DNA of 42,430 nt from Vicugna vicugna. Its lineage: Eukaryota. Below are positions 23,804 to 35,200 of this stretch, in pieces (position 1 is the stretch's first letter; each line of letters starts with the position of its first letter). The stretch is taken from positions 1 to 42,430 of the forward strand of contig MU058042.1 of assembly GCA_013265495.1 (NCBI GenBank), given 5' to 3'. The position numbers and the translations under genes are program-made. The notes beneath the pieces were generated by a model, which did no database searches, was not told the DNA's origin, and was given only the letters and a program-made list of their open reading frames with translations.

Positions 23804-24679
23804 GGGAGACTCTGGGAACCGTAGCTTCTCTTGGGTCCCCCCATACCAGCTTGGTGCTGCGACTGGACCAAGGGCACCAGCCTGGGAGCCCAGGTGCGTG
23901 GGCAGGCGCTCCTCGCTGCCTCCCCGCCCTCCCCAGGACACGCGATGCCCCAGGGCAGTCAGTGCGGTGCTGTGCGGTGGGAACTTCCCAGCAGGTTCGA
24001 GGGAAGCCAAGCCTAGGTTCTGCCCAGGAAACGTCTTTTAATAGAGCAGAGGAACACTGTCATCGCAGCCTGCCAGAGAATTTGCTTACACTTTCCATTA
24101 TTCATTTACATTGGGAACATTAACTGAATTAAGCTTTGAATGAAAAGGGCTCCATTTTCAGAACAGTCAGGAGGGCATCACAGGGCAGCAGTTCCCTCCA
24201 GAAGCCCGCCATCTGACAATGTGACTGCAATTTGGAAACCAACAGGTGTTCCCGTAACGCAGTACCGAAGTGAGACAGAGAAAGGAGGGAGGGACAGCCC
24301 AGGCGGACACCACCTCTGATGGCTTCCCAGGTGGGTGGGGCAGGCGTGTGAGCCTGGGGTGCCATCTCCTTTGTTGAAGGCTTTCAGACTGAAGAAACCA
24401 TTAGCCTAAACTCAGGATTTAGTCCTCTGGTGAGATGGGGCTGAGCTAAATGCCTTCCTAAGGCTTCTTGTTCTGCGCGCTCACAGGTGGTAGGTCATTC
24501 CCCAGCGTCCTGGTCTGAGGACCTCGGCAAGGCATGTTCCCACCTCTCCTATATCCTCCCCATCCATCTGTGTCCATGCCTGACACCTGCAAAAAAGGTT
24601 AATTCTTTTGGGTTGAGATGGCTGTTTCCCAGGAGTTCCTTGTGATTTCACAACTTCCTCTAGTAGGCAGGCCAGCATC

Positions 24680-25470
24680 CTTCATCCTTCAACACAGTTT
24701 CTGGACACCTGGTATATTCCCAGCATGGTACGCAGAGCTGGGGACACAGCAAAGAGCCAAACAAAATCCCTGCTCTCTTGGAGCTTACGTTGCGGAAGTG
24801 GGACAGACTGTAAACAAACATAATCGATTAGGGATGGTGGGGCTGTGGAGGAACATAAAACAGGATGATGGGGCAGCAAGCTATTGTATGCAGGGTGGTC
24901 ACAGAAGGCCTTGCTCATAGCTCAGAGCTTCCAGAAGGACTGCAACCCACTCTGACCTTTCTCTCTCCAGAGATGTACATGAACGCCCAGGCTGTCTTGT
25001 AAAGTTAACTCAATTTTTTTTCTGCTATGATATATACTCATTCTCCACCTTGCTTTGTTCTGTTTCATGTGTGTGTCCCTTGCCCACCCCTTACACCATA
25101 AGCCCCTCGGCTTTATTATGTCGTGTTTATTACAGTGTCTCAGGAAGCTTGAACAGAGACCTCAAGAAGGTGAGCCTGAGTCAAGAGGCTCCGAGGGAAG
25201 GTTCCAGGCAAAGGAAAGAGCAAGTGCAACAGCCCCAAGGCAGGAGAGACTGATGTCTTGGGAACAACCAAGAAGCCAGAGAACTGGGTGCAGGGGTGGA
25301 GAGGAAGAGCGGTGGGAGCTGAGATCAGATCGTGGGGCCAGGCAGGCTGTGCAAAGGGCCTTGGGTTTTACACTGAGCAGCACAAGAGGCCACGGGGGGC
25401 CTCTGAGTGGAGGATGTGATATGATGATGCTTTCCAAGACCACTCACCAGCCATGACCTTTGTGGATGTT
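24680..25470 (-). mobile_element. L2 LINE fragment interrupted by an ~220-bp insert
   Basis: TTCATCCTTCAACA...AAAATCCCTGCTCTCTTGGAGCTTAC...; TTCCAGGCAAAGGAAAGAGCAAGTGCAACAGCCCCAAGGCAGG are L2 antisense hallmarks. Confidence 0.8.
24926..25107 (+). repeat. Diverged direct repeat, copy B (inside L2)
   Basis: Colinear similarity to 23639-23803. Confidence 0.85.
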
Positions 25471-25492
25471 CCACAAATTGAGACCAGAGGGA

Positions 25493-25662
25493 GGGGGAGG
25501 GCATAGCCCAGTGGTAGAGTGTGTGCTTAGCATGCACAAGGTCCTGGGTTTAATCCTCAGTTCTTCTGGTAAAAAAATAAATTAACTTAACACCCCACCT
25601 CCCCATCAAAAAAAAAAAAAGAGAGAACTCTGAACAGAGCTTATTAAAAAAGAAAAAATAAT
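25493..25662 (+). mobile_element. Camelid Vic-1-type SINE with 3' extension and degenerate TSD
   Basis: GGGGAGGGCATAGCCCAGTGGTAGAG...GCTTAGCATGCAC; TSD TGAG(A/G)CCAGAGGGA at 25479-25492 and 25668-25681. Confidence 0.9.
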
Positions 25663-25944
25663 AAATGTGAGGCCAGAGGGAAGGGCAGGGGTTGGAGACA
25701 CCAAGGGCGTTACAGGCCAAGTGACAGGACTGGGACTTTATCATGAGGTCAGTGGGGATCCTTGGAGGATGTTAGAGTAAGAGGAGCTCTACCCCTCATT
25801 TTGGAACAGAGGGCACTAGCACAGAGAAGTGAGGTGACCCATCCCAGAACGCACAGCTGATAAAGGTGGAGCTGGGACGGAAAGCCAGGTCTTTGGACTC
25901 CTGTTTCAGTACAGTGTGAAATTTCTCCTGAATAAGAAGAGGGG

Positions 25945-26135
25945 ATATTATTGAGCACATCCTAAGTGCCAGGCATGGCTCTGCTACCATCCCATCTAAT
26001 TTTCAAAACCACCCTACACTAGGATTATTCCCATCTTACAGAGAAGGGCACAGGGCGTAAAGGGGTTAAGCAACTCATCTGAGGTTACATGGCTAGTAAG
26101 TAGTGGAGCCGGGGTTTGAACCCAGGCAGCCTTGA
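25945..26135 (-). mobile_element. MIR SINE
   Basis: TTATTGAGCAC...GTGCCAGGCA...CCCATCTTACAGA...GCTAGTAAGTAGTGGAGCCGGGGTTTGAACCCAGGCAG. Confidence 0.85.
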
Positions 26136-26639
26136 GCAGGAGTCCATGCAGGTAACCGATGTGTGACAGGGACTTGCTAAGTCTTCTGGACATGGATAGG
26201 GGTGGGTGGAGGGGACCAGGCACTGGGACCCACTGACTTGGAGTTTCCAGGGCTGAGCCAGCTCCAGACTTGTCTGGACTCAGGCCCCTGCACTTTTCCT
26301 GTATCCCCATCATGGACCCACTGCTAAACAGGATGTGGGCTGCAGCTCAGTTACCCCAGATCTGATGGAGCCACACCACCATTCGGGAAGCTGGAGAGGG
26401 CTCTGCTTAGAGTTTTTATAAAAAGACTGTTCCTTAATTACTTCAGCCCTTGCTGTCCTGTGCTTTTCTCTTAGCTCCAAATGGCCATCCACATGTATTT
26501 CCTGATGAATCCAGGGCTGGCTTCACATGTAGGCAAACAGTAGGGGACAGTGCCAGGACCCTCGGAGCCTTCCCCTTCCCCACCCACCTAAACCTCGGAC
26601 CCTTCTGCTGCCTGGAGGACTCTTGAACAACCCCACTTA

Positions 26640-26810
26640 ACTACACATGTGAAGTCTCTAGAGAGTTTATAAAAACTCCTGGTGCCTGGCTGGGTCCCGC
26701 CCCTACACCAGATGAGTTTGACTTTCCGGGGTTGGCCCCAGTCAACAAAGGATACTTTTTAAAAGCTTCCTGGGTGATTCTGACATGCAGCCAAGTTGAG
26801 ATTCACTGGC
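26640..26810. mobile_element. MER5A-like hAT-Charlie element
   Basis: TTTTAAAAGCTTCCTGGGTGATTCTGACATGCAGCCAAGTTGAGATTCACTG. Confidence 0.7.
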
Positions 26811-27802
26811 TGGGACTAAGTCCCTTGTTATACATAGAGAAAGTGGCTTGTCCAGGGTCACATGGGGACATGGCCATCAGTGGCAGGATTGGAATGAAAA
26901 TCCATCAGTGGTAGGAGTGACTCCTAGAAAAATGTCCTTTTCAGAAAGAAACATAGGTTGGAAAAGGCAAGTCTTCCTGGGCAGAGGCACTTGAAGTCAG
27001 CGCACAGAGATGTTTGAATAATGGAAGGATTATTATCTGAGGATGGGCCCCAGAGATGGGGGACGGCAAGAAATGGGCCTTGAAAAAGGCCTGGGGAGCC
27101 TGGAACAAAAGCTGAGTTCTACCAGGGTTACTGCTCAGCCATGGATGGGCACCACCAGGGTCGCAGACATCAGCATGGTGGTGAAGGTATGGGCCAGGGA
27201 CCCTGCCCCAGGCTGAGAAAGCAAACGTGTGGACGACCTTTGCTGGGGGTGAGGAGCATGCAGCCTTCAGCCAGAGCAACTAGTCCATCCAAAGGAGCCC
27301 GCTCACCAGAAAAACGCTCTCCTTAGTTCACTGAACACCTAGAAGGAAGCTGTCTGCTCCCACTGAGGCCTCAGCTGTGGGAGACACTGAAGGAACAGGA
27401 ACAGGGGGAGGGTAGCTCCTCAGCATCGGGGGTAGATGCCAAGGAGAGATGGCTCCTCGTAAGGAAAATTCACAGCTGCCTTTTTAGCCACTGGGCCCCA
27501 GTGCATCTGAAGATTTTGGGTGACTTCTCTGCCCAAAACATTCCAGAATGCCAAGTCTCTGGGGGTGGTTTGATGGTATGAATTGCCCAAATGGAAAGAT
27601 GAAAGTTATCAGGTTAGGAACGAAAACAATTCCTTCTGTCACTCTAGACACACACCAGAGTCCCCAGGAGGGAGGCTGGGCTTGTGTCGGGAAGGAGGGG
27701 CCTGGTGGAAATGTCTGCAGTGGATTCTCAGGCTTTCTCTCCTTCCCAGCCTGCCTGCCTGTTTCTTTGCTTAACAGGCACCGGAGCATTCCGGCCTACA
27801 GA

Positions 27803-27816
27803 CCACCAGGGGGCTC
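27803..27816 (+). promoter_or_regulatory. CTCF-consensus motif (candidate)
   Basis: CCACCAGGGGGCTC matches the core at 13/14; motif match only. Confidence 0.4.
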
Positions 27817-28537
27817 CCACAGACAGGGCCTGGGAGGGCACCGGGGAGACTCCCGGTGGTTGATGTCAGGGCACAGCAGAGGGAAACGCTTACACACTCA
27901 CCATAATACACTGACAGACCCAGGAAAGGGGAACGTGGCACCCATCGCCACATACAGTGGCCTTTTCCACACTATGGCCCCGGCCACTCTCCCTTCCCGG
28001 CAGGTACCCCTGTGGCTGATGCACCTAAACAGTCCCTGAAGGATCTGGCTCAGTGACAAACTGGGATTATGTTTGTCCTTGTTTCCAAGATTAATTTGAA
28101 AGAGTCAAGTTCTCTGCAGATTTGCAAAGACCATGACTGGAAGGGACTAGTGACGCCACTTCATTAGCCCACCATGAAGGCCAGCTGACCCAGCCTCCAA
28201 ACGCATGATCTGTATCCGGGTGACAATGACCAGTTTTAGCCCAAACCTACGTCTATGTAACTACATTTCTCCTGCACTTATCACATGGAATGAGAATTAT
28301 CTGCTTATTTACATGTCTCCAGAACTCAGCTGGGTTCTCTGAGAGCAGGAACCATATTCTGCGAGTCTTTGGTCCCAGTGGAACTGAAATCGATTTCACA
28401 TATATAGACCATGTGGTTTCATTTCTCCAGTGAGACCTGGGGGACAACAGGATGCTTGATTGGATCCCAAAGAGAGAAAACCTTTCTGTTCCACGTCCTG
28501 GAATTATTTTCAAGTAGGCTGGTCCATGACTCTAGGC

Positions 28538-28745
28538 CAGACGTCAGCAAATTACAGTCCTCGGGCCAAATCTGGACCACCGCCTGTTTCGTAAATAAAG
28601 TTTTATTTGAACACAGTCGGGGCCATTCATTTATGTATTTACGAGGCTGCTTTTGTGCTACTGCCGCAGGGCTAAGTATTTGCCGAAGAGACCATATTGC
28701 CTGCAAAATCTAAAATATTTACAGAAAAAAAATCTGCAGACCCTG
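28538..28745 (+). mobile_element. MER58A-like hAT-Charlie MITE
   Basis: CAG..GTCAGCAAATTAC...GGGCCAAATCTGG...GTAAATAAAGTTTTATT...CCTGCAAAATCTAAAATATTTAC...GACCCTG, with terminal inverted repeats. Confidence 0.9.
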
Positions 28746-29589
28746 GTTTCAGGAGAACAAATGGTCCACTAGGGTCTGGCTGGTGGCAGGGCGTCTCCCT
28801 CTGTGCTCTGGGACATAGTGGGGAAGATGATGTCACCGGAGCCTCCCAGGGCGAGAACCATGCTCCGGACAGGCCCAGTCTGCTCTGTGGGGAGAGACAG
28901 CCTTGCTGAGGGCCAAGGGTCTCACGTGGGCCCCTTCAGTTCCTGGTTTGGGGCTGCGGTGCTGGAGTGTCCCAGCAGAGCCTGGGAGGGGCTGGCCGTC
29001 TGACAACAACTCTATTGTCTCTCTCTGAAAAAGACTGTGATATAATTCACATACACCCCTTTGAAGTCTACAATTCAATCGAACATTGTCTTTTAACCTC
29101 TTCATCTTGTGACTTTTTTTCTCCCCACTTCCTGAAGCTACACCTGTATGAACTTGTTTTCTGTATAGATTTCAGTGACTTCATTCACACTCAGGTGTGA
29201 GTGGTAACAGAAAAACCTCGAATCTCTGGGTGACCCACCCCATGCTGTATCCTTTTGTCTCAGGTAGGGTTTTCCAGAAGTACAGGCTGAGGTGGAGTTT
29301 GAGGGGCAGAGGAAGATGCAAACCCAACACAGCCTGGGCTGACCTACTCCGGAGTGAGTAGCGCCCGTCAGGGTATCCTGTAGCCAGCCTGGAGGTCCAG
29401 CTTTTGTGCCCCTGCTGCTCCCTGTCACCACGTGCAAGCCCCAGGAGGAGGCTCCCTGCAGCTGAGGCCGACCCTGAAGAGCTGACACTGGAGGCTCTCT
29501 GCCAACCACACTCCACACAGCTGGGCAGCAGTCTTTCCTGGAAGGGGATCTAGGGGCCGCATCTCCGCATGCACCCACTCTTTTCACAG

Positions 29590-30110
29590 AATCCCATCAC
29601 CTGGTGGCCAGCTAGCTCCTGCCTCCACTCTCCCAGGGCAGGGACGCTCACTCCCGGCTGAAGCAGCCCACCTGCATTTCACAAGGCTCCAGGCTTCCCT
29701 TTGCTAAGCCCAAGTCTAAAACTAGGTGAGCACCAGTCTGCATTCTGCCCTCTGGGGCATACAAACCAATTCACGTGACAGAAAGAAGCTCCCCCCAAGT
29801 CCGCCCACCACTGGTCTCCTCCATTCTACATGAGATGCTTGTCTGTCCGCGATCTGTGTCCAGGCTGTGGCCGATTAGCCCAAGTCCCTCGGAGGTGTGG
29901 TTGCAGCTCTGCATGCAGCACTCCAGGAGGACCTGCCCGGCGCTCAGCCATGCAGCACCGTGTCCTTCCTGCTCTGGAGGACAGCGTCGAATCACAGCGT
30001 TGACTTGACTGAAGTTTATCAAAATCCTCAGCTGTTCTCACCAGCTACTGCTAATCCAGCCAGCCCCAGACTGTCCTGCTGTCACTGGCTTCCCAGGTCC
30101 ATGTATAGAA
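29590..30110 (-). mobile_element. CR1/L3 LINE 3' fragment
   Basis: Minus-strand translation QVLLECCMQSC resembles CR1 RT C-terminal RPHLEYCVQFW; GCTCACT...GCAGCCCA and TTCTGCCCTCTGG are L3 antisense motifs. Confidence 0.65.
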
Positions 30111-30147
30111 CCTTAGCCTGGTCTTCGTTTGGTTCAATTTTTAGACC

Positions 30148-30205
30148 ATTCCCAAGGGAATTTGCATTTTTACAGAAGAGGACAAATATCCGATGAGGGA
30201 TTTCC
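30148..30205. promoter_or_regulatory. EBF palindrome overlapping an octamer, with a kB-like site (candidate enhancer core)
   Basis: ATTCCCAAGGGAAT at 30148-30161; ATTTGCAT at 30160-30167; GGGATTTCC at 30197-30205. Confidence 0.45.
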
Positions 30206-30634
30206 AGCCCTGGAAAATGAATTTTTAGCCCTGGAAGCTCTGGTATCCCTGAAAGCACCTGTGGATTGGTGCTTCAGCTCAAACAACTTTAACATGAAAT
30301 CCTTTCCGGGAGGGGGCCATTTTATACTAAGATATGGGGATGAAAGTTTCTAGTTTAAATAACTTAGTAATAATGTAGAGAAGAAAGCAAATTTTACATG
30401 AATTTCTGAGGGAGATTAGAGCTTCAAAGTCATTTCACACCGCCTTTGGGCAGCTGTAGGCCTGCCCAGGCCTCCCTGGAGCAGGCCACATGGTCACTCT
30501 GTAGGTGGGGGGAATTGATGTAGATAATTGTGTTGTCCACCCAGGACAGACGGCCATGCAGGCCAAGACACAGACAAGAAAACCAATCAAACAGAACCAA
30601 AGTGACACGTCACCTGCCATTCTAGCCCACTCGA

Positions 30635-30780
30635 TTTTTAGAGCATGAGTGTCCTTCAGAGATGAACTAGCTGATTCTTTTGTTTGACAGATACAAAGAC
30701 TGAGACCCAGGAAGGGAAATCACTAGCTCGAGATCAGAGACGGAACCAGATTCACGGTGCTCTGATGCTGAGTCTCACTA
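30635..30780 (-). mobile_element. MIR/MIR3 fragment
   Basis: TTTGACAGATACAAAGACTGAGACCCAGGAAGGGAAATCACT. Confidence 0.55.
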
Positions 30781-33544
30781 ATGGCATTTAATACGGGTGG
30801 TGCCAGGGAGGTACTACTTGAGTAGGGGGACTGTGAGGTCGAAACGTGAAGGTGGGGACTTACTTCTCAGGTTCTGTTCCTGGTGATCACGGGGCAATGG
30901 GCCTGGGCAGAGAAGGGGAGCTGCTGGAAAACCCTCCTGCTTGATGTGCAGAAAGGTAGATGCTCCCTGAACAATCTGTCAGTGGCCATGGAGAAGTGAA
31001 CTGGGTAGGGAAGCCACTGATGCAATCTTGCATCCGATTGGCAGGCACTACTAAGGGCCATATATTAAGTCTCCCCACGTATAAAATTGTCCTTTCTCAT
31101 TTATCCAGCTTGGGTTATGGGCTCTCCTTTTGGTTGGATGCTCCTGTTTATCAGTCCATGTTAGAGTGTCAGTTATGTGTCTGAGACTGCATTATGGTGT
31201 CCAAAAGAATTTTAAAGTATCTCTGCACACTGGGAGCTTGCAGGCTGGCGGGGACATGACATACACACACGATACACACCTGAACACTAACAACGTGGTG
31301 CAGGAAAAAAAATCTCCCTGTGGGTAGCCTCAGGCTTGGCCAGGTGACCAGGCGTTCATCCCAGATCCACTCTCTGTATGTGAAGCTACCCACAGAGCCA
31401 CCGACCACGACCTGAGGAAGAAGCCACATTTCTTTACCAACAGTCATTTCAGACGGTTGATTTTTCCCTCCCTGATCAGTTCTTATAAAAAACAAGACAG
31501 CTTTCCCCCAAGTCCCAAAAGACTGTTTTCCTCGATCCTGCCCCAGGGGCTGTGCTCATGACCCTGACATTTGACATTTAGAAACCAAGTGGGATGGGGT
31601 TTCCAAGATCTGAGGCATGGTCCTTGCCCTTGAGAAGCAGCTAGTAATCTAGCTGGGAGACGATGAACACAAAGCTGAGAACAGTAAGATGAGAGTGTGG
31701 TTCCGACTGCGACTGGGAGGACAACTCTTAGATGAGAAGGATGTTGGGGACTGAGCAGTTCGAGTTAGCTTCTAGGGTGGGGTCACTCGTGTAGGTCTTG
31801 AGGTACCAGTACAAGAGCATCAGACTTGGAGTTTGGGGTACAGGCTTAAATTTGGGGTCACTCAAGTTAATTTTGCAAAGGGACCCATCTCCAGTTTCTC
31901 TGCCCTTCAAATCCCCCACCCGCAGTGTCCTTAGTGCCTAACAGTTGCGTAACTCCCCAAGGTCAGGAAGTCTAGGGACCCAGCAGCGCGCATTTTCTCA
32001 GGCTGGCCCTGCTGCGCTGCCTTTAGTGGCTCTTTTCACACAGTCGTGAGTCTCTGCAGTTTCCTTTAGCCTCAGTTTCCCCACTTACAGAATAGACAGG
32101 AGGCCTATTTCCCTGCTCCTTTCTAAGAAGGTTGGGAAGATGCGTGGCAACCTAAGCCAGACCTATTTGGCACCAGCCCAGTGAAATACTATGCAGGAAA
32201 ACTTCATTTAAACTGTCCTCAGTCTGTGAAGCATTGCCATAAAGACTGCTGGTAGAGGAAATTTAGACAATGGTGGCAGCCTTTCTTTCCCTGCCATTCA
32301 GTTCACAAAATAACCATTTGTGAGTTCAAAGAATGGAGGAAGGACAGTCATCCAGAAAGTACATAAGTGGGTCTCCTTGTCACCTCTCCTGGGTGTCTTT
32401 GGGCTGAAGCAGCCGGGGTTGGACGTGGCACTCGGAGATGTGGCACTTGGAGCCGGCTCAGCGGCTAGGGCAGACCACAACCAAACCAGTAAATACTTTT
32501 CCAGACGCTGCAAACCAGCCTTTCCGGGCTGGAGAGTGTGAGGCGAGCTGGAGGAGGCCCTGCAGTGCAGCTTCCAGTGCTCCGACCCGACCCATGTCAG
32601 GGGTCAGCTGAAGACTGACGTCCCCTTTTCCAAAGAGGAGGCCAGGACACTTCCGGGACGAGAGCCTGGGAGGAGCCCAGCTTTGGAGACCTTGGCACGA
32701 GATCTGCCTTCTGCCCCCGAGGCCTGGATCTAAGCGTGGTCCCAGAGTCTTGGCAGGAGGCCATGTTTCGTTTGGCATCTTTGGCGGCAGCAGAGGAAGC
32801 TGACCATGGCTGGACATCCTGTGCCAGTTTGGAGGGGCTGGGCGTGCCTTCCAGAGGAGTCCCGAACCCCGAGCACACACAGCCCCACTGCCTTCACTTA
32901 GCACAAAAGTCTTGGTTCTAAGTTCAGCGCCAGAGGTGACTTTAAAAATGCACAAAAGGAACACTGGGTTTCAGGCAAACAGAATCTCGCACGGCATTTG
33001 ACTGTGATGAAGTGATCATCACAGACTCCCTCTGCAAGTCTGAATTCCTTTAAGCCACCTTCCTGGTAGAGGGGTCCTGCCACAGAGAAACCAGCCACTG
33101 GGTCTGAGCACTTCCTCCTCGAGTTGGATTTGGAGGACTGCTGGGGCTGAGTGCTCAGCACCATTGTGCAGTGACTGGCTCCTGTTTCCTTGGGACTAGA
33201 GATGGGGGAACAGGGTACAGTGGTGGCAAGATCCCTGGGAGTCGGGGCTTCTGGAGCGGAGTCCTTTCCAGGCCACTAAACAGCATAAGGCTGCAGGCAC
33301 TCAACTCCTTCCCTGGGTGGTAGACTCAGCTTCCCTCTGGCTCTGGAATTCTAAGCAGGATAGTTCCAAGTGCAAGCGAAGATTATCTTTTCAATATGAG
33401 TAGGGGGTTGTTGACCGTCTCCAGTGAAGGTAAAGATTTTCATGAGTCCATAGACATTTGCTTTCCCTTAAAATTGCCATCTGTATGATCGATGTATAGT
33501 TTACATACATCTATATGGTTATAATAGCTTAAAGACATTTCTGG

Positions 33545-33960
33545 TTGGATCTGGGTAAGTAGAAAGGACAGAAATTCACTCAAACTAGCGCAAGGGAAAA
33601 AAGAGGTTTACTGGATCTCATAAAACCCAAGGTCAGGGCAGGTCTTACACGGGTTGGAGCTGGGAACTGGAAAGTTACTGGGAACGGAGACTGGGTTCAT
33701 TCATTCTCTTTCTCCCTCTACTGTTAGCTTCCTCTGCTTATCCAGGGGCCCTGCTCACTCATAAATATCACTTGGCTTCAGCTCGCTGTGCTGCTCACTT
33801 CACCTCCCTCTGCTTTCCCTTGAAACTTCACCACTGGCGGATGGATACAGTCGTGGGTCAAGTCCCTCTTTGTTCTAATCAGCTTCGAGGGGAAGGAGAG
33901 TGATGTGGTGCCTGGACAGCAGACTGGAACGTTTCTCTAGAAAGAGCTGGGATGGGGCAG
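33545..33960 (-). mobile_element. Old MaLR (MLT1-type) LTR remnant
   Basis: GACAGAAATTCACTCAAACTAGCGCAAGGGAAAAAAGAGGTTTACTGG resembles old MLT1 antisense ends; boundaries uncertain. Confidence 0.45.
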
Positions 33961-34194
33961 GTGGGAAACCTATGCAGGACACGAGCATCGTGGCTGCTCG
34001 CCCCAACCCCCGCCCTTTCCACATTGCTCCATTGCAGACATCCTCTCTCCGTTTGGCTCCTGGGAATACACATGCTGTGGTTCTTCTTTTTCTTTGGTGG
34101 TTACTTTTCTCCTTTGCCCTTCGTCTTCTCTTGCTGCTGGTCTGGTCGGTTTTGATACTCCCCAAGGTTCTGCCCATCATCTTTCGCTTGGTCC

Positions 34195-34830
34195 TCAATA
34201 AAGGACCTAGTATGTACCAGATACTGGGGATACAGCAGAGAATAGGGCACAGCCTCCATCTTCCCAGGATTTACAGCCTAGTGAGGAGACAACAGGGAGT
34301 TATGACTGATTATGACAAGCTCTGTGATGGGAAGGGAACAAGGGTGATGGTAGCCTGTAACAGGGACTTAATTACATCCAGTTCCAGTTCTTTCTTGGAC
34401 TGCAGACTTTCTACCACTGCTTACTAGGCACCTCCACCAACAATTCTGTAGCAGCTTTAGATTTAAACATATCCACAATGGAAATGATTCTATCCTACCT
34501 GGAGCTGTTGTAAATCCAGGATGAGGAATAAGCTGGGTACTTAGGAATCCATTGACTCTTCCTTTCTTTGATTACCAAAATCCAATCAGTTTCTAGGTCT
34601 TAATCAGGTCTCCCTTAGGAATGTCTGCTGGATGAGCCAAAGCCATGTGTGTGACATGGGATGGATGTCTCTGTCCCTACTGCTACCATTTTTGTTCAAA
34701 TACATATCGTCTCTTTCCCTCCCTCTTGCAGTGGCCTCAATTTCTCCTTGGCTGGTTCCTCCCTGCCCTTGACACCCCCTCCCTGCCCAGCGTCTATTAA
34801 CCACATAGCATCTGGAGTGAAGTTTTCATT
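34195..34830. mobile_element. L2 fragments in opposite orientations (minus ~34195-34370, plus ~34380-34830)
   Basis: TATGTACCAGATACTGGGGATACAGCAG...TTTACAGCCTAGTGAGGAGAC; then TTGACTCTTCCTTTCT...ATCCAATCAGT...CCCTACTGCTACCA. Confidence 0.65.
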
Positions 34831-34869
34831 GCTTTTATGTTTTCACCTAGTTCTGCTAGTTTTTCCATT

Positions 34870-35121
34870 GAGATAAGCAATTATCCAAGCCCATTTTTTC
34901 AGAGTGTGTGTCTCCCCAATGTTGGTCACATTTTAGGGTTCCTTCTGTGTATTATCTCAGGTCCCTCTATTTGGTTCTCTTGGTGTATTCTTTCTTCTGT
35001 GCCAGTACCACTGCTAATTTATACAATTTTCTGCAAAATTTTAATATCTGTAAAGCAAGTCCCCTGCTGGTTTGTTGTTCAGTCGCCTTGGCTATTCTTA
35101 GATCTTCCTACTTGTGTATGT

Positions 35122-35157
<36 letters not shown>

Positions 35158-35200
35158 CATGAATGTTTCCTGAATTTTGGAAAGAGTTATGCTAAATAAG
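34870..35200 (-). mobile_element. Old L1 ORF2 fragment
   Basis: TGTGCCAGTACCAC...GCAAGTCCCC...CTTGGCTATTCTT are L1 antisense motifs. Confidence 0.7.
35124..35155. repeat. (GT)16 microsatellite
   Basis: Directly visible. Confidence 0.98.

Noticed and set aside
33154..33175. REST/NRSF-like TCAGCACC
   Set aside because: Only the left half-site is present; the GGACAG half is missing at the required spacing
33900..34427. 175-aa ORF with a hydrophobic stretch
   Set aside because: It arises from a pyrimidine-rich tract and runs through LTR and L2 remnants; no homology or exon structure recognised
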